Assembly (NCBI GenBank): GCA_051294375.1
Contig: CM119264.1
Coordinates: forward strand, 860,502-893,821
Source: Paraspadella gotoi
Taxonomy: Eukaryota > Animalia > Chaetognatha
Direction: 5' to 3'
Length of the DNA stretch: 33,320 bases
The position numbers and the translations under genes were made by a program. The first letter of the stretch is position 1. Each line of letters starts with the position of its first letter. Positions 22,857 to 33,320 of this stretch are shown here, piece after piece. The notes beneath the pieces are model-generated. The model saw nothing but the letters and a program-made list of their open reading frames with translations, was not told the origin of the DNA and searched no databases.

Positions 22857-23316
22857 AGAAATCAGCATTTTAATCTTTTCAAAGCGAAAAACTGTTTTTT
22901 TTCTTTTCATTTTTTGTCTTTTTTTTTAATTCTTATTTTTCATCGTTTGATAATTCCTTTGTTCTTTTGTTCGAATCTCAGATTTGTTTACAAGCTGAGC
23001 TTATTTTCTTAGCTTCTTTTAATCTCTCTATCTCTCTCTCTCTCTCTCTCNNNNNNNNNNNNNNNNNNNNNNNNNNNNNNNNNNNNNNNNNNNNNNNNNN
23101 NNNNNNNNNNNNNNNNNNNNNNNNNNNNNNNNNNNNNNNNNNNNNNNNNNNNNNNNNNNNNNNNNNNNNNNNNNNNNNNNNNNNNNNNNNNNNNNNNTCT
23201 CTCTAAATGAAAGCCGTCGACCTCTGAAAGACCGAATTAGACGTAACACCCTGTAACTCATTTTTTGAAAGGTTGACGAAGAAGAGGAAGGAAGAGCAAC
23301 TTCAACCAGTTTGCGC

Positions 23317-23387
23317 TATACTATACTATACTAGATTAAACTATATTATATTATATTATACTACCTTATACTATACTATACTATATT
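23317..23387. repeat. Pentanucleotide (TATAC/TATAT)n repeat
   Basis: Read directly. Confidence 0.8.
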
Positions 23388-24490
23388 CCTCCGTGATCTA
23401 TATCAGTATGAAACGTGCGTACCATTGGGCAAAGGCATTGCCCAACAATATAGTTATACTATAAATTTAAGCATCGAATTTCATGTAAAAAAGCTTATTC
23501 GAAGCATTTTTTTGTTCACAAGACATTATATACAGGTAATAACATAACGATAAAAGTCTAATACTTGCGCAATGCGCACCCTTCTCTATTAATGTATATA
23601 AGAAATTTATTTAATTTTAAGTTAAGTTTAATAAAAACGCAAGACAAACAAATGATCAAGGCCAGCTGGAAGTAAAATAAGCGGAGGTTAAAAAGACTCA
23701 ATTCTCAGTAATGATGATTCATTTCGGGAAAAAAATTCATTTGTTATTCCCCTCAAAACAAAAAAAAATATATGAAAATAGGAAACTAAAGTTTATTTTT
23801 ACTAAAATAAAAAACACAAGTTTCATAAAAAAAAAAATTANNNNNNNNNNNNNNNNNNNNNNNNNNNNNNNNNNNNNNNNNNNNNNNNNNNNNNNNNNNN
23901 NNNNNNNNNNNNNNNNNNNNNNNNNNNNNNNNNNNNNNNNNNNNNNNNNNNNNNNNNNNNNNNNNNNNNNNNNNNNNNNNNNNNNNNNNNNNNNNNNNNN
24001 NNNNNNNNNNNNNNNNNNNNNNNNNNNNNNNNNNNNNNNNNNNNNNNNNNNNNNNNNNNNNNNNNNNNNNNNNNNNNNNNNNNNNNNNNNNNNNNNNNNN
24101 NNNNNNNNNNNNNNNNNNNNNNNNNNNNNNNNNNNNNNNNNNNNNNNNNNNNNNNNNNNNNNNNNNNNNNNNNNNNNNNNNNNNNNNNNNNNNNNNNNNN
24201 NNNNNNNNNNNNNNNNNNNNNNNNNNNNNNNNNNNNNNNNNNNNNNNNNNNNNNNNNNNNNNNNNNNNNNNNNNNNNNNNNNNNNNNNNNNNNNNNNNNN
24301 NNNNNNNNNNNNNNNNNNNNNNNNNNNNNNNNNNNNNNNNNNNNNNNNNNNNNNNNNNNNNNNNNNNNNNNNNTTTTTTTCAGTCAATATTTTTAGTTCA
24401 GTCCCTTTCTTTTTTTTCTTCTCTGATTTTTTGATGCATATTAAGTCAAGCGTAAAATCTTTCAAAACAGGACTTCGACCAAGAGAAAGA

Positions 24491-24555
<65 letters not shown>

Positions 24556-24918
24556 CCACAATGTAATGAAAATGAATTGAACGTCCAAACTTATGTCTAA
24601 TTTTATTTTATTTTTTTTATTTTTTCTTTTTCTTTTCGCCGCGTTTACTACTTAAGGTAAGTGGTGATGTTTAACGATAAATAGCTCAAATTACTTTTTT
24701 GAACAGTTTTGTATAAGATAAAATAACATTGAATTAATAAAATAATAAAAACTATTTAAAAAATATAAGAATAAATAAAGAGAAAAGAAGCGAAACATAA
24801 AAAAGAAGAGAAAACATTTTTTCGACGGCTTTGCAGATTTTTTTCCCCCGATTACTAAATTGGCTGAGGGAACAAGAAAGGTGACCTTGCCACGTTGATT
24901 ATCGTGAAAGGTTGTAAA

Positions 24919-24977
<59 letters not shown>
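24919..24977. repeat. (CGT)n microsatellite, ~19 units
   Basis: Read directly. Confidence 0.95.
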
Positions 24978-24978
<1 letters not shown>

Positions 24979-25569
24979 TTTAAAAAACTTTTAAAAATTG
25001 TTTCGCGGGCTAAAATCATACAAACGCATATATGAAAAAAAAATTATAAAGAATAACAAAAAAAAATTAAAGGAAAAAAAGGAAAAAAGTGGACAGAAAT
25101 ATTTTATCTTTTACTTTCGACTTTTATTTCGGTTTTAAGATGTTACGATCGATAGAAGAACTGTCTCTCTTTTCCCCCCTCTTCGTCTCTCTTTTTCCAC
25201 TCTTTCTTTCTTTCTCTTTTTCCATCTCTTTCTCTCTCACTTTCCCCTCTCTTTTTCTAATTCTTGTTCCTCTCTTTTTTCCCTATTCATCTCTTCTCTT
25301 TTCCTTCTTCTCTTTACTTTTTTTCTTCTCTTTTTCTACTCTCCCTCTCACTCTTCCTCTCCCTCCCACTCACCCTCCCATTCAACCTCTCACTCTCCCT
25401 ATGACTCTTCCTTCTCCCCCTCGCCTCTCACTCTCCCGTTATTTTTGCGCCAACTTTCACAAATTTTACAACTCCTGCCCCTCACTCAAACTCAAAAAGA
25501 TAGGGATCAGCTGAACCCGCGATTTCTCCCCGACTATTTTCTTCTCCGTCAAATTTATGTCCCAATTCG

Positions 25570-25930
25570 TTCCATCCGTTTGTCAATGCCTTCTGTCCAT
25601 CTGTCCATCTGTCGAGCAATGTCTTCTGTCCATCTGTCCATCTGTCGATCAATGTCTTCTGTCCATCTGTCCATCTGTTGATCAAGCTCTTCTGTCCATC
25701 TGTCCATCTGTCCATCTGTTGATCAAGCTCTTCTGTCCTTTTGTCCATCTATTTGTTAATGACTTCTGTCCCTCTGTCTATCTATCTGTCAAAGCCTTCT
25801 ATTAATGTGTCTGTCCGTCTGTCAATGCCTTCAGTCACTCTGTCAATGCGTTTTTTTAATCTGTCCATTCATTCGTCAATGCCTATTGTCCATCTGTCAT
25901 TCTGTCTAATAATGCCTTCTCTGTCCGTTG
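25570..25930. repeat. 33-bp minisatellite (CAATGYCTTCTGTCCATCTGTCCATCTGTCGAT-like) built from TCTGTCCA 8-mers, decaying rightwards
   Basis: About 5 clear units at 25584-25750; the 11-aa periodicity in the ORF track agrees. Confidence 0.85.
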
Positions 25931-26784
25931 GTTTCCTCGAATTAACATATCAATATATCAATGGTAATTTTTTTCTCCTCTTCCTTTTCCTCCTCCTCTT
26001 CCGCCTCCTCCTCTTCCGCCTCCTCCTCTTCCTCCTTCTCCTCCTCTTCCTCTTCCTCTACATTCTTGTTCTTCACCCAAAATTCCTTCAGTCTCGAATT
26101 TCGTGATAGATTATCCTGACATTCTCGACATCTGGACTTTCTTGGCGCCGTCGCTCTCGGCCACACCATCGTGCCATCTCGCTATCTCTCATAATGCCAT
26201 CTTGCCATCTCATCTCTTTTGACGTTGGTTTCTAAGCGACGAAGAACTTCCGGACTGCGTAGCAAATAGATGGGAGTTTGAGAGTGGAAGGAATGAGAGA
26301 AGTAAGTGATTAAGAGTGGAAGAGATAGGAGATTGCGGTTGTCGGAAAGGGATGAAAAAGGAGAAAGAGTTTGAGAGTGGAAGGAATGAGAGAAGGGAGT
26401 GNNNNNNNNNNNNNNNNNNNNNNNNNNNNNNNNNNNNNNNNNNNNNNNNNNNNNNNNNNNNNNNNNNNNNNNNNNNNNNNNNNNNNNNNNNNNNNNNNNN
26501 NNNNNNNNNNNNNNNNNNNNNNNNNNNNNNNNNNNNNNNNNNNNNNNNNNNNNNNNNNNNNNNNNNNNNNNNNNNNNNNNNNNNNNNNNNNNNNNNNNNN
26601 NNNNNNNNNNNNNNNNNNNNNGTCTCGGGAGGGAAGAGTTTCGAAGGCCGTCCTAAATCGGGAGGATAACAACAACGACTCGACGACGACAACAACAACG
26701 ACGAAGGGGGAATCGATGAGGTTTTTTAACGTGACTTTTCGAACTGACTCGAGATTCGAACTCGGGACTTTGACGTCGACTTAC

Positions 26785-26813
26785 CTTCGACGCGAACGAA
26801 GGAACCGAAGCGA
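26785..26813 (-). other. Candidate 29-nt micro-exon
   Basis: Minus strand: long pyrimidine tract ...ccatccctgccctcCAG|TCGCTTCGGTTCCTTCGTTCGCGTCGAAG|GTAAGT. Consensus donor and acceptor; no stop in any frame. Confidence 0.3.
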
Positions 26814-26834
26814 CTGGAGGGCAGGGATGGATAA

Positions 26835-27175
26835 AAAGGAAAGTATAAGAACTTAGGAAAGAAAGGGAGAAAAGAAAAGGTAGGCAAGGAAAGGAGAGGA
26901 ACTAAGGAAGGAAGGAGAGGAGAGAAAAGGAAAGAAAGGGCGAAAGGAAAGGAAGAAAAGTAGAGGGAATAACGAAGGATCTGGAAAGAAAGAAAAGGAA
27001 AGAAATGAAAAAGGAATGAAAGAGAGGAGACAAGTTAAAGGAATGGAAAGAAAGAAAAGGAGATGGAGGAAAGAAGAGGGATGAAAGGAGAGGGAGGAAA
27101 GGAGAGGGAGGAAAGGAAAGGGAGGAAAGGAGAGGATGGACGAGGAGAGGAGGTGAGGTCCGCAGAGAGAGAGAG
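26835..27175. repeat. Purine-rich (GA) low-complexity tract
   Basis: Almost entirely A/G on the + strand. Confidence 0.85.
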
Positions 27176-27280
27176 ACATTTCCATATTTGGGGAAAAAAA
27201 CCGAGAAGCGAATTTTTTTTATATTTCTCCCAGGAAAATCTGTAGAGGGCTGAGTACCGATGAGTGGAGACAGAGAACTT

Positions 27281-27346
27281 AGGACTTGGGACTCAGGACT
27301 TGGGACTTGGAACTTGGGACTGAGGACTGAGGACTTGGGACTGAGG
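27281..27346. repeat. 7-bp degenerate tandem repeat (GGACTTG/GGACTGA)n; related GGTCAGAA/GGTCAT repeats at 27581-27680
   Basis: Read directly. Confidence 0.75.
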
Positions 27347-27458
27347 GAAAACTGGGGAACAGAAACTGTAGACTGAGATAAAAAAAGGTCACCCTGTTTT
27401 ATCACGCATCTCTGTCTTTAATGTGGTTTTATAAATATATATTTTTGTAATTGTCGTT

Positions 27459-27509
<51 letters not shown>

Positions 27510-28439
27510 ACTTCCGTCTCTGCCTCCCTCTCACGTTGTCTCAATCTCTTGGGGCGACGATCCTTCTCGGATCTAAAAAAGGTCAAAGAGGTCAGAACTA
27601 GGGTCATGGGTCAGAAATGGTCATAAGGTCATGGGTCAGAATTGGTCAGAAGGTCATAAACGTCTCCCCGGTCAGAAATGCCGAATATTTTTCTTTTTCT
27701 TCGAATTTCGTTTTATTTTCCATCACTGTGCAAAATTGAATCGCGAAATTTTCCGTGGTGACAATTTCTTTCAAAAAAACCNNNNNNNNNNNNNNNNNNN
27801 NNNNNNNNNNNNNNNNNNNNNNNNNNNNNNNNNNNNNNNNNNNNNNNNNNNNNNNNNNNNNNNNNNNNNNNNNNNNNNNNNNNNNNNNNNNNNNNNNNNN
27901 NNNNNNNNNNNNNNNNNNNNNNNNNNNNNNNNNNNNNNNNNNNNNNNNNNNNNNNNNNNNNNNNNNNGAGAGAGAGAGAGAGAGAGAGAGAGAGCTCACC
28001 TCTACTCCGTTTCATTGATGGAGGAAATAAGAAACGTTTGTCAAATGTTTGTCAAATTTTTGTCAAGAAGTTTGACTCCAACATTTTAATCCTAAACTCC
28101 TTCTAATCCTAAACTCAAGCCTGAACCTTTATTCATAATCTTAATCGATAATGCTAACCTCAACTGAAAGGCTGAAAGACCGGGACGGGGAGGAAGGATT
28201 GATTACTTCTCTTGTCGTGTAAAAGGAGACAGTCTCTGAATTCATATGTTAAGTATTTAATATTTTAAAAATTGAATCTATTACACATAGACGAACAATT
28301 CATTTTCATTTGCGGAGTTAACAATTTACTTATAGTATAATAAGTATAATAATAATAATCATAATAACACAAGTAAATAATGCCTTCCAAAACTTTTTTG
28401 ACTATAGGAACAAATAATTCTAATTTTTTGATTAATTTT

Positions 28440-28446
28440 TTCTTTT

Positions 28447-28529
<83 letters not shown>

Positions 28530-28819
28530 TTATTTATTTATTTATCTATTTACCTAATTTTTATTTATTTTTTTTCTCTCTTTTTTCTTTCTCTCTTTCT
28601 TTCTCTCTTTCTTTCTTTCTTTCTTTCATTCTATCGTTCTTTCTTTTTGTCTTTCCTTCTCTATTTTTGTCTTTCCTTTTTTCTTTCTTTTTTCCTCTCT
28701 CTTTCTTTCTTTCTTTTTTTTTCTTTTTTTCTATCTTTTTTTCTCTTTCTTTCCTTTTTCCTTCTTTCTTTCTTTCTTTCTTCCTTTCTTTTTTCTTTCT
28801 TTCTTTCTTTCTTTCTTTC
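28440..28819. repeat. (TTTA)n followed by a (CTTT)n low-complexity tract
   Basis: Read directly. Confidence 0.92.
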
Positions 28820-29460
28820 NNNNNNNNNNNNNNNNNNNNNNNNNNNNNNNNNNNNNNNNNNNNNNNNNNNNNNNNNNNNNNNNNNNNNNNNNNNNNNNNN
28901 NNNNNNNNNNNNNNNNNNNNNNNNNNNNNNNNNNNNNNNNNNNNNNNNNNNNNNNNNNNNNNNNNNNNNNNNNNNNNNNNNNNNNNNNNNNNNNNNNNNN
29001 NNNNNNNNNNNNNNNNNNNNNNNNNNNNNNNNNNNNNNNNNNNNNNNNNNNNNNNNNNNNNNNNGAGAGAGAGAGAGAGAGAGAGAGAGATTTCGGTTTC
29101 TCTAATGCCCATTACTGTTGTATCTTCTAAAAAAAACCAAGCCATGTTAATGTCAGTGTTTATGTTTTGAGCTAAAAAGTAAGTATAGTTCAAAATTCAA
29201 ATGTTTAAAAATTTTTTTTTTTTTCAATTTTCAAAACAATTTTTACCCATTTCAGTTTGTCAGAGTGACGTTTATTACGAGATATTTCAATGTATAATAT
29301 AATTTCAAACATATATTCTTTAAAAAAATCTACGTTTTTTTGTCGCCTTTCATGTTTGACGTTCTTTTCTTTAATAAAATTGTTTCGTCACTTTCCCGCC
29401 AAAATCGCTGTCGTCGAACGTCAATCAAAAAACAATATGTTGTTATTTTGTTTTTCTTTT

Positions 29461-29673
29461 TTTTTTAGCCGCGAGTACTCGCGGAGCAACTCTATAAGTC
29501 ACTTTATGGTCGGTCGGTCGGTCGGTATGTCCGTCCGTGGGTCTGTCCCACTTACGTTAGTTGAATGCTCATTTGTTTAGACAGGGATAGAACCTCAAAT
29601 CTAAGTGAATGCTAGCGCTACCTTCAGTTTTTAAACAAAACTATAAAGAATAAAAATGCGAGATTCCAATGCA
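29461..29673 (+). mobile_element. HINE/DINE-1-like element, 3'-truncated independent copy
   Basis: tttttt-ag-ccgcgagtactcgcgg (perfect 16-bp palindrome, 29469-29484)-agcaactctataagtcac, (GTCG)n, and a body homologous up to attccaatgcag. Confidence 0.68.
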
Positions 29674-29782
29674 GAAAGAATGAAAGATGTACACCTTATG
29701 AGAAAGTCACTCCGCCGAAATTCACACGAGAAATCCCTTTTTGTTTTATCAACTTTTTTCAATTTATTTTTCCGCTGTTATT

Positions 29783-29938
29783 TTCACTCACGAATTCCAC
29801 TAACCAATCCTTTTTCTGTTTTTTCAATTGCCGATTCCACTCACGAATTCCACTTACCAATTCCATTCATTTTTTCCACTCACAACTTCTACCTACCAAT
29901 GCGTTTCACCAATTCCACTTACCAATATTCCACTCACC
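29783..29938. repeat. Degenerate 13-bp repeat (ATTCCACT[C/T]AC[G/C]A)n
   Basis: attccac words recur at ~29793, 29834, 29847, 29912 and 29927. Confidence 0.7.
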
Positions 29939-30059
29939 TGCACCAAAGATTCATGCATAAATCTGTTGAAGTGGAACTACTTTTTTTTCCCGCGGATTTC
30001 TTAGAATTTTCCATTAAAAGAGAAAAAAAATAAGAAAGACATAAAAAATTGGTGTCGTA

Positions 30060-30191
30060 GGAGCGGAAGGGAGTTGGAGCGGGAGTTGGAGCGGGAGTTG
30101 GAGCGGGAGTTGGAGCGGGAGTTGGAGCGGGAGTTGGAGCGGGAGTTGGAGCAGGAGTGGGAGCGGGAGTTGGAGCGGTAGTTGGAGCGGC
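30060..30191. repeat. 12-bp G-rich minisatellite (GGAGCGGGAGTT)n, ~10 units
   Basis: Read directly; gives the PAPT / LQLP pseudo-ORFs. Confidence 0.95.
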
Positions 30192-30732
30192 TGGTTGTTG
30201 AAGCAATAGAAGAGGGACATTTAATTCTTAGTCATAAGAGTTGAACTAGATTGAAATTATAGTTTATTTACGTCAAAGGTTACGTCGGTGGCGCAAATAA
30301 ATTAATTGAGTACGTCATCCATTTTCCTCAATCGTTGCATCATCTCTCCCGAATCTGAAGGTCACGGGTTCGAGCCTCCGTGTTTGATCACCTGTTTTCG
30401 TCGGTGTAATTTAAGTTGAAATTATTATTGTAAAAATAAAGAAAGTGGAAAACTCCAAGATTAAATGGGACAGAAAAAATTTAGACATTTTTGAGATTTA
30501 AATTATACTACTATCATTAAAACCAAATTTAGATAGAAAAAAAGGGTTGAGGTTTCCAGAGAGAGAGAGAAAGAGAGAGAGTGAGAGATAGAGAGAGAGT
30601 CGACAGGGAGTGGGAAGGCATCAACAGACGGAAAAAACCATTAGTGCCAAATTTGACGCAAATTTTTAGCGTAAAACACGAGTTTACGAAGAGAGAGAGA
30701 GAGAGAGGGAGAGAGAGAGAAAGAGAGAGAGA

Positions 30733-30768
<36 letters not shown>

Positions 30769-31629
30769 ACACAAAGGAGTTTTTTAATGTTCTTTTTTTA
30801 ACTTTTTTTCAAAGCTTCCTTCACAATTTGTCATTTTTTTATTTATTTTTTTATTCATTTTTTTATTCTCTTTTTATCTTTTAACATTAATTTTTTTTTC
30901 CAGAAAAACAAAATTTTTGTTCTTAACTTTTTTCCCTCAAAAAAAAAATCAGGTTAAAACTGAAGCTTTGCAAGTTAAAAAGATGCGTCCCAATTATGAT
31001 GTCTCGTTGAAGCCGAAAAAAAACTTCGGGAAGCGTCCAGGCATCTTTACAGAAAGACTTTTGTTAATAATGATAGTTTTAGTGCTCATTGTTTGTTAGT
31101 TAATTTTAGTTAATGCAGTTTTTGGAGGTTTTTTTGTTTCTTTTCTTTCCCTTAAATTTATTATTCAATTTATGATTTAAATTTTGATTATCATTCAGTT
31201 TTGTTAAAAACCTTGTGATTTGAGTTTCTTTTTATATCTAGAGGCTATCTAGGAGACCAGAAGATGGGGGGCAAAACTCCTCAACACGGAAAAAAGAGAG
31301 ACACAACAGAATGGGATACACTTCGGAAAAGAGAGTCCAAAGGAAATAAAGGGCGAAATGGACTCTTTGAGAAATAGAGAGGCCAGCAGTCCAGTGTAGA
31401 GAGAGATAAGATAATTTAATCCCTCACGTAATATTAAAATGTGTTATTTTATGTTTAAAGCAAAAACAATTTTTCATTAACTTTTTAAACATTTAATCTT
31501 TTTTAAACAGCTTTTGGATAAAGGGACTAGAAGGAGCCTTGTTTTCCTTTGCTTATTTTGTCACAGTTGGTGTTTTGAGCACGGGGTGCCCGAGATCCAA
31601 CTTTATAGTTTTTCATTAGTTTTTGTTGG

Positions 31630-32196
31630 CGAGAGGAGAGGAGGAGGAAGAGGAGAAGGGTGGAGAGGAAGAAGGAGAAGAGGAGGAAGAGGTGGGGAAG
31701 AGGGGAGGAGGAAAGTAGGAAGAGAAAGGAGTGGAGGAGGTGAGGAGAGGTGCGGAGGGGTGAGGAGGAGGAGGAAGCATGAGAAGGAGGAAGAGTTGTG
31801 AAGAACAGTAGGAGGAGGTTGAGAGGAGGGAGGTAGAGGAGGAGAGAGGAGGAAGAGGTGGGGAGAGGAGGAAGAGGAGGAAGAGAAAGAGAGGGAGGAG
31901 GAGGTCGAGGGGAGGAGAGGTGGGGAAGGTGGATTGGAGGAGAGGGAGAAAGAAGATGGGAGGAAGGTGAGGTGGAAGGATGAGCGAGGAAGGTGGGGCG
32001 GAAGTGAGGAGGAGGAGGAAGGAGAAGAGGTGGGAGGAGAAGAGGAGGAGGAGGAAGAGAGGGAGAAAAGAGAGGAAGGGAAGCAGAAGGGGAGGAGGTG
32101 AGTGGAGGAGGAGGTGGAAGGGATGAGGAGGAGGAAGAAAAGGAAAGAGTGGGAGGAGAAGGTGGAGGAAGAGAAGAAGGAGTTAGAGGAAGAGGA
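31630..32196. repeat. ~570-bp polypurine (GGA/GAG-rich) tract
   Basis: Nearly all A/G on the + strand. Confidence 0.9.
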
Positions 32197-32981
32197 TATT
32201 CAAATCAAAATATTACGTGTATCAGGTCGCGATAAGATTGAATGAAAGTGCGAGCGCAAGTGAGAAAGAGAAAGAGAGAGAGAGAGNNNNNNNNNNNNNN
32301 NNNNNNNNNNNNNNNNNNNNNNNNNNNNNNNNNNNNNNNNNNNNNNNNNNNNNNNNNNNNNNNNNNNNNNNNNNNNNNNNNNNNNNNNNNNNNNNNNNNN
32401 NNNNNNNNNNNNNNNNNNNNNNNNNNNNNNNNNNNNNNNNNNNNNNNNNNNNNNNNNNNNNNNNNNNNNNNNNNNNNNNNNNNNNNNNNNNNNNNNNNNN
32501 NNNNNNNNNNNNNNNNNNNNNNNNNNNNNNNNNNNNNNNNNNNNNNNNNNNNNNNNNNNNNNNNNNNNNNNNNNNNNNNNNNNNNNNNNNNNNNNNNNNN
32601 NNNGAGAGAGAGAGAGTTAAGAATTTTTTATATGTTTCACACTCTCTTTTTTTTGGATTCCGCTCACAAGATTTTTCCCTTTATTAAAAACATTGGATGG
32701 AATAAAATGACGAAATAAAAACTTTAAACGCAAAATTTTCACTTTTTTTCAACTTTTATTTCACACGCGGTTTTTTTTTGTGGTCGTGTGAATTTTAAAG
32801 CGACTCAACAAGTCGCTTTTCTGGTCTGTCTATAAGTGTGTATTATTAGGAAAACCTATTTCTGAAATCTCTAAATATTTTTTAATAATTTTTAAAAAAT
32901 AAAATACATAGTATATTTGTCAAAACTATCTGTAAATAATATTTTAAACCATAATTTATTCCTTAAATGGGTTCCATTAGG

Positions 32982-33075
<94 letters not shown>
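32982..33075. repeat. (ATA)n microsatellite, ~31 units
   Basis: Read directly. Confidence 0.97.
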
Positions 33076-33320
33076 GTGGGCACAATCCTGCTACCACCCC
33101 TTAAATGTTATAAACACTTTATTTTTCATAAATAAAATTAAAAAATACTTTTATATCTATTGTATAACTTGACGCATGATCATTTTGATGTTTCTGAAAT
33201 GAGTAACGATCGAATTGATGGAGTGGTCACAGGAGTGATGTAGTTATCAAGGGGGAGATGGGGCGATGATGTAGACTGGGCAGAGGGTCAAATAAGGCGG
33301 TAATAGAAAAGAATAAAGAT

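Noticed and set aside
30345-30395. tRNA gene suggested by B-box GGTTCGAGCC (30367-30376)
   Set aside because: No A-box, D-arm or acceptor stem visible; at most a SINE/tRNA fragment.
1-33320. ORFs in the supplied six-frame track
   Set aside because: They are translations of (GA)n, (CTTT)n, trinucleotide or minisatellite tracts, or run through N-gaps; none shows a recognisable domain.

Overview
AT-rich, microsatellite-dense eukaryotic scaffold, probably from an invertebrate metazoan (inferred from repeat types only). It is essentially non-coding, and the supplied ORFs are almost all translations of simple repeats or N-gaps. Much of 2.7-21.6 kb is redundant: near-identical, indel-rich copies of the same loci sit either side of five gaps of exactly 25 N, consistent with long-read gap-filling artefacts or retained haplotypes. 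The best-supported biological feature is a ~980-bp insertion (19864-20841). It has ~105-bp inverted arms, each carrying a minimal type I hammerhead ribozyme (CTGATGA-stem II-GAAACATGTC) followed by AATAAA, and is flanked by an ATCTTTAA duplication. The empty site is present in the same window (~18968-18975). This fits a 5'-truncated Penelope-like retroelement that may be polymorphic. Also present are three independent copies of a HINE/DINE-1-like (Helentron-associated) element, a probable tRNA-derived SINE, a degenerate MITE with a TTAGG-like interior, a mirror-symmetric CpG-rich motif cluster (14136-14270), several minisatellites and two weak candidate exons. No protein-coding gene can be confidently named.
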